In this document: positions 27,102-39,150 of the stretch, in pieces | How positions within the stretch are numbered: position 1 is the first letter of the stretch | How the letters are laid out: every line of letters starts with the position of its first letter | Source of the DNA: Vicugna vicugna | Taxonomy: Eukaryota | Length of the DNA: 64,000 nucleotides | Assembly: GCA_013265495.1 (NCBI GenBank) | Contig: MU058213.1 | Location: 992,001-1,056,000 of the forward strand | Direction of reading: 5' to 3' | Notes under the pieces: model-generated | Databases searched by the model: none | Told to the model about the DNA's origin: nothing | What the model saw: the letters and a program-made list of their open reading frames with translations, nothing else | Position numbers and translations under genes: made by a program

Positions 27102-30011
27102 GATTTATACTGAAATATTTGGGATTAAATGACAGTACACCTGGCACTTGCTTCAAAATAATATGGAAGAGCAGAAGTGGGTGGGGGTAGAAGACTGGCC
27201 ATTGTTGAAGCTGGGGCATGGATACATGGGAACTTACTATACTGGTTTTTCTACTTTAGTATATGTGTTAGATTTTCCCATTATAAAATATTTTGCTTGT
27301 TCATTTTTAATTACAGGAGAAAACTCAGAACCAGTGCTTAGGCTGTGAATCAACAAGTGTGGGCTAGTGGGGATGAGAACTAAAGCTTGTAAAGAAAGCC
27401 CTTGGGCTGCTACCAAAGTCTGAGGGAAGAGAGGTTGTCCCTGGCCACGTGTGAATAGGCTTTGAACCGCAGGACTCAAGAGTCAGTTAACTTGTTCTGG
27501 GAGAAAGGGACAGGAAGAGTAGCTTCTTTGTCCAAGGCAAACTGTATCTCAGAGCTAAGAGTTTGACAGTGACTTAACTGGAGCCACAGATTAAGTGGCT
27601 GACAAATGATCTTAAACAATTTACAGAGTTTGGCAAATCAGATTTATTGTACTTTAAAGTATTAATTGCTGAGCCATAAAATAAATCTGTAGCCACTTTT
27701 TCCACAGCACATTAACAAAGAAAAGAGAATGTTTCTTCCATTTCAAAAATGTGTTCTTTAGCACTGAAACATGCTATTCACACACATAATACAGTACTCA
27801 GGAGGACATTAGACTCAGGGTGACTATAACCGCGGCAACAAGTTCCAAACACTAGACATACAGAGAATTCTGACTCACTGCTATGCAGCCTCCACAGACA
27901 CCACTCAATTCTGGTTTACTTAGGTGGGTATACAGAAGGTAGAGGGAAATATGGGTAAAAGTAGATATTTTTTCCTCTGAAACTACAAATAATCTGTATT
28001 TAATAATATATCATTTGTAACAAAAATATAACAAAACCATGTTTCAGCTGGCATAATATAACAGTGGAAAAAACAACTAGAAGAGGGTGAACTACCAGCT
28101 TGACAAGCATCACTCATGTCCTGGCCCCTTCTCTAACACCCCACAGCATGACAGCTCAATCTTTAACAGACAGAGAAGGAGGTACGGAGGACCAGCCCAA
28201 ACCAGGAATACAGATTCACACATTTTTCCTCTCTTATATGAAGAAAACAGGTGTTCATAACTGAGTGGTGCCCTCCTTGGTTTCCAAAAAGAGAAGCATT
28301 TTTGACTCATCATCAATGACTCATCATTAATGAAACATTACTGTTAGTGGAGATGGCTTTTCACTAATCACCATCAGCCAGTATGACCAAAAACACAAGA
28401 TGGAATCTCTGGGCTAGGGGCCAGAACAAAGCATACAGATGGATAAGTGGCCAAGGGTCTCCTCAGTTCTAAACTGAAACCCACAGATCCTTCCTGCCAA
28501 TGGAAAAGCATATCAACTTCCTAAAGCATCAGCACCATTCAACAACGGGTTACAAATATACTACAGTATTTAGTCACAGAGTTCCTTCCAGATAATTGTT
28601 ATCAAGATGCAAGTTGTTCTGATTAAATAAAGGGTAGAATATTACTTCTTGTAATGTTATCTAAATGCCAAGATCTCAGCAAGTATAATTCTGCTGAACT
28701 TATCTACCTTTGCACTTTAATAACTAGGAAACCAACTATGGCAGAGACCTTTAAATAAATGTTAAAGGTTGACAAATACATAGTTCTCAATTATGTCCAA
28801 GGGGCAAATAGTCTTCCTTACACTATTTACAAAATCCAACGCGAGCCAGTAATCAGTCACTCTTGAGATCTATGTATGAAAAATATACTTCAGCCTAAAG
28901 TACTAAAAAAATTACATTGACTTATAGAGTGGATAAAATTCAACTATCCAGAACACTATTAAGAATAAAGGGGAAAAATGGCCTCTGAGTGCTCAAAAGA
29001 GAAGACATAAAGCCCTTGTATGTACTAAAGCTTTACTTGGAGGGGAATCCTTCAAGTTTTCATTCAATGACTCTTCCTCTGGTCTTATTTTATAATTTTA
29101 TCTGTTCCAAGTTCATGTCAATTTAAAGGCAGAAAAGTAATGCCTAAGTACTAAACAAACTTGAGTTAAGTTAGGCAGGGAAGGAGGATTTTAAGGATGT
29201 GGGGCTCTTCATGACGCCTACAAACAGGAGCAGGGCTTCAGACAGAACTGGAAACACTTTGTCTCTGCTCCTTTGTGTGTATCTGCAACCAGTGGTTTCT
29301 GGGCCCCGTGGCTGGCGAAAGATGCCCACCAGTCTACAGGCATAACTACAGGCAGTGAGCTTCCCTGCTCTGGGAAAGTTCCAGGAAATGGACATGGAAA
29401 GGCCAGCATAGGACAGGTTGCCAGCCTGGACCTAGCCACACATGGCTGAGGCGAGAGGATGTCGAGTTAAACAAAAGGGCGGGGGATAAAAGGTTCATCA
29501 CAATCTAGGAAAACCCTCAAAAGAGTACCCACTGCAGAGGAAGAAAAGCTGCAAAAATATGGGAAACTAGAGAGGAGCAAAGGGAAAGATTTTATGCTTA
29601 TAATGAAGAATGCAGGTCCTCTAAAATTCTTGAACTGAGGTAATCCAGTATATGGGCAAACACTCCATAATACCTTAGTAGATTATGAGAGCTTCACTGG
29701 ACTTCTGCAGTACTCGTCACCTTTATTACCTTTATTATGTTGGTCCATCACTCAGAATAGTTTTAATTGTATTCAGAATCCTCTCTTTGTGGGAAAGATA
29801 AATTGGGAATTTGAAATTTGCACCTTTTGGGGAGTGATGGAAATGTTAGCTATCTTGATTGTGGTAGTGGTTTCATTAGTGTATATATCTATCAAAAGTC
29901 ATCATATCATACAGGAACCATACCACAATAAAGGAGTATTTTAAAAAAACAAAGAAAGGAGAGATTATACTTATACCAATGGGACACTTGGTGAAAGACA
30001 CTAACACACTG

Positions 30012-30203
30012 GGGTTTTTTGGTGTTTTTCTTTTTTTAAGTATAGTTAATGCACAATATTGTGTTAGTTTCAGCATCGTGATTCAGTCATATATATACAT
30101 ATTCTCTTTCCTTATAGGTTATTACAAGTTACTGAACACAGTTCTCTGTGCTACACAGTAGGACTTTGTTGTTTATCTAGGCTGTATATAGTAGTTTGTA
30201 TCT
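30012..30203 (-). mobile_element. Short L1 3' fragment
   Basis: TSD ACTAA(C/T)ACACTG at 30000-30011 and 30204-30215; L1 3'UTR motifs. Confidence 0.8.
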
Positions 30204-30538
30204 ACTAATACACTGTTGATGGAAGCATTAACTGCTTGCTATACTCTTTCTGGAAAGCAATTTAGCATTTTATAGAAAGTATCTTAAAATATTTAGTAAC
30301 TTCAGGAATCAAGTCTATGAATTTGGTCCAAAACACATATAAAAATGTATTTTATGAATATTCATAACAGCATGATTTATAATACCCAAGCTGGAAATAA
30401 ACTTAAATGTCCAGTAATAGAGGAAAAGTTAAATAAACTATGCCCAATCCATACGATAATCAGAAAAATAAACTACTTTAAATGACAAGGGAAAATGCTC
30501 AGGTTATAAATAGGGAAAAGAGGCACAGAAATATAGAT

Positions 30539-30561
30539 TATATATGTGTGTGTGTGTACGC

Positions 30562-30600
<39 letters not shown>

Positions 30601-30605
30601 TATAT
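30539..30605. repeat. Compound (TG)n-(TA)n-(CA)n microsatellite
   Basis: Read directly. Confidence 0.95.
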
Positions 30606-30664
30606 CTACATATATAAACTAATCTCAACTATACCAAAAAAAAAATGCAAAAAGCTAGAAAGAG

Positions 30665-31020
30665 ACAGCTGCAGGGAAGCACACTCTGAGATGGGGAACA
30701 GTGTCCATGCTGTTTACTAGGGTGTGCTCCTGGGCTCTACAGCTACGGGAGGAAGGGAACGAAGCACTGGGCGGAGAGAGAAGCTGAACTGCAACGTAAG
30801 CCCCACATGCAGGTGGATGACCCTGCAGAGATGTCTTGAGTCAGCACAAGGAGGCTGGGCCTTCATACCCTTGCATCAACCAGGCACCAGATATAGGCTG
30901 CCCTAGAAAAGAGTGTGACCTTAAGCTGAGAAAATTCCCAACAACCTCACAGTAGCTGGGAAGAAGGATGTGGAAGTCCTCGAAGATAGACCTGTTCAGT
31001 GCAGCATAGTATCTACAACA
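30665..31020 (-). mobile_element. Old ERVL-type LTR (LTR16/LTR40-like)
   Basis: gggaagcacactctgagatgg...gagaagctgaactgcaa...ggctgccc...gtgacctt...atctacaaca resembles ERVL LTR consensus (recalled). Confidence 0.55.
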
Positions 31021-32614
31021 GAGACTATATCCAAAAATTAGCACTGATTGTCTTTGGAGGGTAATCTTTAATTTTTCAAAAACTTCTTCACCAGGGTCTT
31101 CTGTATTTTCCCAATAAGTTATAAATCTTACCCTATTTTTAATAACATATTTTAGAAAGACTCATAACCAATATATCTGTAATAGAAAATAAATTTGCTT
31201 GACAGGAATAATTTTGAGTACATAGAAAATTAGTTATAGAAAAATACATATGCACAGCTAAAGTTTGATTATTTTTAACATTTAAAACAACTCAAATTTA
31301 TCTCTAAGAAATATAATAAAAAACGTAAAAATAACTTTTTCATAAATAGATCATAACCTGACTACTAGCTAAAATTAGGTTTTTACTTTGTATGCCATAC
31401 AACCAACAAAAATGTGAAAATCCCAAAAATATTAGGAAAGAGTAGTTTGCCTTTATAAAACAGAAAGCTATTTTAGGATTTACTTCACACCCACACATAC
31501 ACATATGCTGGGTTATATACATCTTTGGAATGACTGATAAGATATCTGAAATAAAATTTTCATAAATTGTTACTTTAATTACCAGAAAGTTTCTTTGAAA
31601 TGACTTAAAAAAAAGTTTATACTGAACCATCTGAATACATCTTGCATCTGCATAAGAAAAGTACTTATAACATACACTTATGAAATAGCTTAGCAAAGGA
31701 CTTTCGGTTCTAGCTCTAACTTGTATGGATAACTTGTATCAGACTAATAATCTCACTGAGAACAACTAAGAAAGCTGGATAAAATACAAAACAAAAAACC
31801 AAAAAACCCAGCAGATTAAAGGTGTTGGAGAGCAACAAAGAAGCATGATTTTAGGGACCAAGTTCCCAGAAAGAAGAGAAATACCCTGAGGTGAGCCCTA
31901 TATTTGCTACTACCTTTTCTCCTCAGGTCATCTGCCAGTTCACCAACAGAAGCTGAACAGAGTATTGACCTAGAACTTGTGACCGCCTCACTGGTCTAGG
32001 AAGATAAAAACTAGCTGAACCAGTAGCCTTGAACTCCAAGATTGGAGAGGGCCAGGATATTGGAGAAAGAAGGTGGTCCCAGTTGCTCACAATTTCTGGA
32101 GCATTTTGTTGCTTCAAAATTGTAGATGTGCAGGGAAAGTGGCTGAGAAATGAAGTAGAAAGCAACTATAAAGAAGCTAAACAGCTAAGTAGAAATTCTG
32201 GCAACTCTAGAGGTGAGGAAACAAAAGTTGGCATTCAGGGCCAGAAGGAATAAAGGTCTGGTGAATATATGCCAGTTTTCACTTGAGATCCTTAAAACAT
32301 CATATGTAAGATTAAGGCCAAACTGGAAACTGACTGCCCTTACAAAGCTTGAAACACAGTGAAACATCTCAATCCTTAATTGGACAAGGTTATCAGTCTG
32401 CCTGCCAGAAGAAAATTAAATCATTTCTGGAAGATATCATCCAGAGCCTCTATAATTTTTCATTTGGAATGTGTTCCCTTCAATAAAAAATAAGCATGAA
32501 AGACAGAAAAAAAGACTAAATGACCAAAATCCAAGTAAACAGGCAACAGAAAAGGAGCCACAGGTGACTCAAATAATGGACTGATCAAGCATATATTTTA
32601 AAGTAACTATGATT

Positions 32615-32962
32615 AAAACCAAGCTCATAGGTACAGAGAACAGATTGGTTGCCAGAGGTAGGAGGGTAGAAAGTAGGCAAAACAGATGAAGGGAGTTGAA
32701 AGGTACAAACTTCCAATTACAAAATAAGTCATGGTGATGCAATGTACAGCATGATGACTACAGTTACTAATGCTGTATTGCATATTCGGAAGTTGCTAAA
32801 ATCTTAAAAGTCCTCATCACAAGGAAAAAAACTTTACGTATGCTGATAGATACTGACTAGACTTATTGTGGTGATTATTTTGCAATATATAAAAATATCA
32901 AATCATTATGTTGTATACCTGAAACTAGCAAATGTTATTTGTCAATTATACCTCAATAAAAA
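32615..32962 (+). mobile_element. L1 3'UTR fragment
   Basis: TSD TAACTATGATT at 32604-32614 and 32963-32973; ends ...tgtcaattatacctcaataaaaa. Confidence 0.85.
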
Positions 32963-33031
32963 TAACTATGATTGATACATTTAAAAATATGCAAAAGTTG
33001 GTAATTTTACCAGATAGCTTAAACATTTTTT

Positions 33032-33209
33032 TAATTTTATTTTTTAATGAAGTGTAGTTGATTTACAATGTTAGTTTCAGGTGTACAGCAAACCAATTCA
33101 GTTATACATAGACATACATACGTATATTTTCTTTTCAGATTCTTTTCCATTGTATGTTATGACAAGAAATTGAATATAGTTCCCTGTGCTATACAGTAAG
33201 TCCTTGTTG
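33032..33209 (-). mobile_element. Short L1 3' fragment
   Basis: Imperfect TSD TAGCTT(A/G)AA(C/T)ATTTTTT at 33015-33031 and 33210-33226. Confidence 0.82.
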
Positions 33210-34049
33210 TAGCTTGAATATTTTTTAAAAGGCAAGTAGAACCTTTAGAACTTAAAAATACAATAACTAAAATTAAGAATTCAGTGGATAGATTAGATAT
33301 GGCAGAAGAGAGGATTTGTCAGTGAAAAATAGGTCAGTAGAAAACAACCGTATTGAACCAAAAACAGAAAAAATAAAGTAACAGATAAAAGAAGATCAAA
33401 GATATATGGAATGATGTGAAACAGTCTAACTCATACGCAATTGTGTTTCAGAAGAACAGAGAGAATAGGGCAGAACTATTATTTGAAGAGATATTGGCCA
33501 AACATTTTCTAAAACTGATGAAAAACATTAAGCCATAGCAAAAAGCTTGAAGGACCGTAACAGAATAAATGAAAAGAAAACCGTTATGTGTACACATCAT
33601 AATAAAATCACTGAAAACTAAAAACAAAGATCAAAGCCTTAAAAGTGGCTAGTGGCAGGAGGATTGGGGAATTGGGGTAGCAAGTCTCAACAAATTTTAA
33701 AGAACATCCACAGGGTATGTCCATTGTCCACAGTGGAATTATGCTGCAAAACAGAAAGATAACTAGAAAATTGCCACACTTTTGGAAATAAAGCAATATA
33801 TTTCTAAATATCCATGAGTCAGAGAAGAACTCTCAAGGAAAATAAAAACATATTTTGAATGAATGATAGTAAGAATTCAACCACAAAAAAGCCCAGAAGA
33901 ATATAGCCAAAGTGGTACTTTCAGGGAAATTTATGTATTTAAATCATGTATTATAAGAAGGAAGGCTGAAAATTAATGTCCATCACAAGAAGCTTAAGAA
34001 AGACTAGCAAATTCAACTCCAAAAAAGCTGAAGTAAGAAAACAAAGACA

Positions 34050-34151
34050 GGGTGTGGGAGATGTATAGCTCAGGGGTAGAGTGTGTGCTTAACAGATGAG
34101 GTCCTGGGTTCAATTCCCAGTACCTCCATTAAAAGAAAAAAATAAATAAAT
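34050..34151 (+). mobile_element. tRNA-Ala-derived SINE
   Basis: gtatagctcaggggtagag...gaggtcctgggttcaattcccagtacctcca plus A tail. TSD AACAAAGACA at 34040-34049 and 34152-34161. Confidence 0.9.
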
Positions 34152-35404
34152 AACAAAGACAAACACAAAAACAATCAACAAACTAGAAAATATTTGTATA
34201 ATAAAGAAAAAACAATAGAATCAAAAGTTAATTATCTGAAAATACCAATGAATTTATTAGACACCAGCTTTGTACAGACATGATCTATGTAAATTCCCTA
34301 TTGATGGACATCTACATTGTCTCCAGTTGGATATACTAGTCCACAGCATTGAAATTATCATCCTTCTAGTACTCAATTGTACTTATTTCTTTAAAACAAA
34401 TTCTTATAAACGTATTAGTATCAGCTAAAGGATATAAAAAATTCTAAGGCTTTTGATGCATATATTGCTAACCTGCCCCAGAGAAAGAATGAAACTATTT
34501 TACTTAGACTAGCAGGTTACAACAGTGTTTGTGTCCCTAGATAACAAGTATAATTTTTTTAAATTATCAGTTCAGTAGAAAAAAAAAAAAAGAAAAAAAA
34601 TCACCTGAATTTGCATTTCTTAGGTTACCTAAGAAACTACTTAAATATTACGTTTGCCATGTTTATAGGCTATTTAAGTTTCATCTTTTGTGAACTGCCT
34701 ATTTGTGTAGTCTACTTTTCTACCAGGCTGTTAGTCTTTATTATAGGTTTCATTACTTTTTTTTATATATTAAGGATCTTGAGGACTTAATCAAAAAATT
34801 GAAAATATTTTTTTTTCCTCTCAGCTTCCCTATTAATGTCATTTAGAGCATTTGTTTTGCTGTTGTTGTACAGAAGTTTAGGCTGTTAATTTTTCCCTTT
34901 ATGGATTATCTTTCATTCGATGCTTAGAAATACAGTTCTATACCAGATTACTATCTAAAAAATCACCTGTATTAATTTCTAATGGAAAAGCATGGGTAAA
35001 CATCATATGAATGTCTACAAATGTCTTGCTGGCTCAGGAATGTTGTCTAAAATTCTATAAAGCATATGGAAGGTAAAATATAATCTTAGATTTTTAATAA
35101 CACTGGAGATACTATTGGATTCAAGGCTTAATGGGGCTGAACCAGGGTAAGGCAAAATTGTGATGTAACTGAAACTGTTTTCAGTGACTGAAAGTATTCT
35201 CCTTCTTTCTTTGACCTTTCAACTACAGAAGCAGCTTTTCCTCCATCCTTAGCTTCAGATATGCCAACTAATGTCATTTTCACAAAAAGGACTGATTCTT
35301 ACTCACCATAAGACATTATAAATATTTCGCTTGTAAAATAACAACTTGCAAAGAGAATGCCTAGGTATTGTTTTAGAAGAGAAGATTCTGAAGCATTAAT
35401 GGGT

Positions 35405-36290
35405 TTTATTTTTAATCATTATTTTTAACTGTGGTAACGTACACAACAAAAAATTTACCGTCATCACCATTTTTAAATATACAGTTCAGTAGTATTAAGT
35501 ACATTCACATTGCTGTGTTACCATCACCACCATTCATTCAGAGAACTTTTTCATTTTCCAAGACTGAAACTCTGTGCCAGTTAAATAGTAACTCTCTGTT
35601 CCTCCCCTCAGCTGCTGGCAGCTACCATTTTACTTTCTGTCTCTATGGATTTGACTCCTCATATCTCATGTAAGTGGATCACTCAGTATTTATCATTTGT
35701 GACTGGCTTATTTCACTTAGCCTAATGTCCTCAAAGTTCATCTGTGTTGTAGCCTGTTTTAGAATTTCCTTCCCTTTTAAGACTGAATAATATTCTGTTG
35801 TGTATATATATACAACATTCATCTGTTGCTGGGCAATTGTGTTACTTCCACCTTTTGGATATTAAGAATAATGCTGCCATGAACATGAGATCCTGCTTTC
35901 AATTTTTGGGGGTATATATCCTAAGTAGAATTGCTGGATTAGATTGTAATTCTATGTAAAATTTTTTAAGGAAACTTCTTACAGTTTTCCATAGTGGGTA
36001 TACTATTTTACATTCTCACCAACAATTACAAGGGTTCCAATTTCTCCATATTCTCCTCAACACTTGTCATTTTCTGTTTTTGAGAGTAGGCATCCTCATG
36101 AGCAGGAGGTGGTATCTCATGAAGGTTTTGATATGCATTTCCCTAATGATTAATAATGCCGAACATCTTTTCATGGGCTTGTTGGCCATTTGTATATCTT
36201 CTTTGGAGAAATGTCTATTCAAATCCTTTGCCCACTTTTTAATCAAGTTGTTTGTCTGTTTGTTGTTGGGTTGTGAGAGTTCATGGATTT
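35405..36290 (-). mobile_element. L1MA/MB-like 3' fragment
   Basis: Antisense ORF2-end/3'UTR motifs (gactggcttatttcacttagc, tgcatttccctaatgattaat, ttggagaaatgtctattcaaatcc). Confidence 0.85.
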
Positions 36291-36659
36291 TATTTGTAGC
36301 CTCTCTCAGGACCCTTCAAATCACACTGTATAGGCAGCCTTCCCCTTTCTCTCCTGTCCCCTGAAAAAGTGTTCTTAGCTCATGCCTAATCCAAGATGCT
36401 AATTCCAACACTAAAAAAGTATCAGAGTGAGACATTTCAGTTCTGAAAGCATCAAACATTTTTGATACATTATAAAATATTTTAATATATATATTATTCA
36501 TACATGTATACACTATTAAGAAACTTCCCTTAACTTGAAAAAAGTTCCTTTGAAACATCTTTGTTTACACTACTTGCAGAAAGAAAAGATTTGTGTTCTT
36601 TTCCGATTGCAAAAAAAAAGTATGCTGATTACAAAAATCCAAATATTATAGATACAGAT

Positions 36660-36900
36660 AAATTAAGAAGGGAAATAAATTTGGGAGTTTGAGATTTGCA
36701 AATGTTAACACTATGTATAAAACTAGATAAAAAACAAATTTCTTCTGTATAGCACAGGGAACTACATTCAATGTTTTATAATAATCTTTAATGAAAAAGA
36801 ATACACACACACACACACACACACACACATGACTGGAGGGGAAAAAATACACCAGAAACTGACACACTGTAACTGAGTACAGTTTAATAGAAAAAAAACA
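36660..36900 (+). mobile_element. L1 3'UTR fragment containing (CA)n at about 36803-36829
   Basis: aaatttgggagtttgagatttgcaaa...tgtatagcacagggaactacattcaa...gacacactgtaactgagtac. Confidence 0.8.
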
Positions 36901-37580
36901 GTGAAGGTCTCCCATAATCACACCTCTAGAAACAATTGTTTTTCAATAATCTAAACAGTCTAGTAAAAATTCTTCCAGAACATAAGCATACACACGCACA
37001 CATATGTGTACACATATATACATACTTCATTTTGGGTTTTTATTTAACAACATATCCTGGACATCGTCCATGGATCCATATCCATGAAACACTGTTAATT
37101 ATCTTTTTTAAAAGCAGTCAGGAAAGTATCGATTTATGTAAGCTAAAACTGAATTTTAAAAAATTCACAAAACACAAGGCAAAATAGACTCTAATAAGAT
37201 CAAAAGCATGTGAGAGTCTAAGACTGAACAATGGAGTGAGGAGGAAATGCGAAGGGGAGCCTGTGGTCACACCACACCACTTGTACATAAGATCTAAGTC
37301 TAGCAGGGCAGCAGTTGCAGCCCTCCCTTGCCAGCCTACAGTGCTTTCATAGATTCCTCCTCGCTCTGTACCAGAAACAATGCTGCCTCCACAGAAATGT
37401 GTGATCAGTAAGGCCAGTCACTTCCCAAATGCACAGTGAGAGAACAGAAAGGCTGTCATGCTTGCTAACCAACAGATGAACATGTATAGGAGTTTGCATG
37501 TGTCAGCCTCCATTTAAAGTATAATTCTCTCATTGTGCCATTGGGAAACAATATTTTGGTGTGTCTTCCTTTATGATTAA

Positions 37581-37712
37581 CATTTTTTACTGAAGTATAG
37601 TCAATTTACGATGTTGTGTTAGTGATTTAGTTATACATATATTCTTTTTCATTATTGGTTATTATAAGGTATTGAATATAATTCCCTGTGCTATACAGTA
37701 ACACCTTGTTGT
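37581..37712 (-). mobile_element. Short L1 3' fragment
   Basis: TSD TTTATGATTAA at 37570-37580 and 37713-37723. Confidence 0.82.
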
Positions 37713-38126
37713 TTTATGATTAATTTTAAAAAGGTACAAAAGAGGCATTCCCTTGGGAGTCTCAGCAAATGATAAAATTTAAGTAAGAGCAATTCCTCAG
37801 TGGAAATGTTACTACCATGCTCATCTCATGATACAACAAATTTTCTTAATTTTCTAACCACTTTTCTCCACAAGAGTTCTCTGTATTTTTTCACCTGTAT
37901 TCCCTTCCTTGCCTACCTCTACTTTACATTTTCACACCAAATGGACAGGCTTACCAAACATCTTAACACCATTAGATAATCTAAAACTTAACAGGACTGT
38001 ATTAAGCATATGGTTGGTGTGGCATCACCACAAACTTCACATTAGAGTTGAGAGACCAAGTGGAAGTGAAGCCCAAAGTTGAAGGAGCTTTTAATGCTCA
38101 CAAGGAATTCTTCTAGGTCTTCAATG

Positions 38127-38147
38127 GCTGCTGCTGCTGCTGCTGCT
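38127..38147. repeat. (GCT)7 / (AGC)7 repeat
   Basis: Read directly. Confidence 0.95.
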
Positions 38148-38624
38148 CTGCCTTCTTAATATCTTGTTATCTTCTTTCCCCACTGGAATTCAAGAACATG
38201 GAACTGCAGGATAGCCCAGGGTCAGCCCCGGCTGGAAGACGGGTATGGTTTCTACACACTCAGCTTTTAACCAGTATCTCCCACCACTCACTTTCTCATA
38301 CCCAGCCTTTCCCTTTCTATTGAAACTTCAATCCTCTCCTCTGTCATGTTCAGGTGGCTAAGCCTGAGGAAAGCAAGACTTCAAAAAGCCATAGGTAATG
38401 TGGGAAAGGATTCAAAGGTAGTCAGAGAAACTATACATTATGACTAGGACTAGATTATTTGATACAACTGTCCATATTCTGCAACGTCAAAAGCTTGACT
38501 AGAATTCATCTTTCACTTCTAGGATTCTGTCATACACCCATGTCATTTGTACATAAACAACACTGTACAAATTGGAAAATCCTGCCAAATTCTTACTAAT
38601 TTTATTCACATTAAAGCTGCTACA

Positions 38625-39150
38625 TCTTGTTTAAGTTAGGAATGCTTTCAGCCACAAGGAACAGAAAAGTCTGACTAAATAGCTTAAACTATTAGGACTT
38701 TGATAATGTATGAAACAAGAAGCCCAGAGAAGGCTACCTCAGGGTTGTTCTGACAGTTCAGAATAACTCTAAGAATCCAGACTCTTTATCTTTCTGCTCT
38801 ATCACCTCAGCTTGTTAACTTTTCGATTTCAGGCTTGTTATCTCATGATTGCAACTTTGCTGCCATGACTCTTTACATCATATTCCACACTTATGACTGG
38901 AAGAAAGAAGAAATGCATCCTAACTGTTCTCTTGCCTCTGTTCCTTTTATCAAAAAAGCAATTACCCCTCCCACCCTTCCCCCACAGAGGCCTTCCAGAT
39001 TTCTGGTTATATATCACATTAGCCAAAACTGAATCATACAGCTAGCTCTAAGTGCAATGAAAGAAAAAGGAATATCTATTTTTCAAACCTCTATACTGGC
39101 AATAGAAAAGGGGATGGGACTGGCTTTTGAGATTCAACCAATAGTTTATG
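38625..39150 (-). mobile_element. Old MaLR LTR (MLT1-like)
   Basis: agttaggaatgctttcagccacaaggaacagaaaagtctgactaaatagcttaaac...tcacattagccaaaactgaatcata resembles MLT1. Confidence 0.55.

Larger units (their letters stand above)
31695..34265 (+). mobile_element. Ancient L1 remnant (5'UTR/ORF1/ORF2 pieces) with younger nested insertions
   Basis: A-rich L1-like motifs (atttgaagagatattggccaaacattttctaaaactgatg; ttggaaataaagcaatatatttctaaata; agggaaatttat). Confidence 0.65.
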
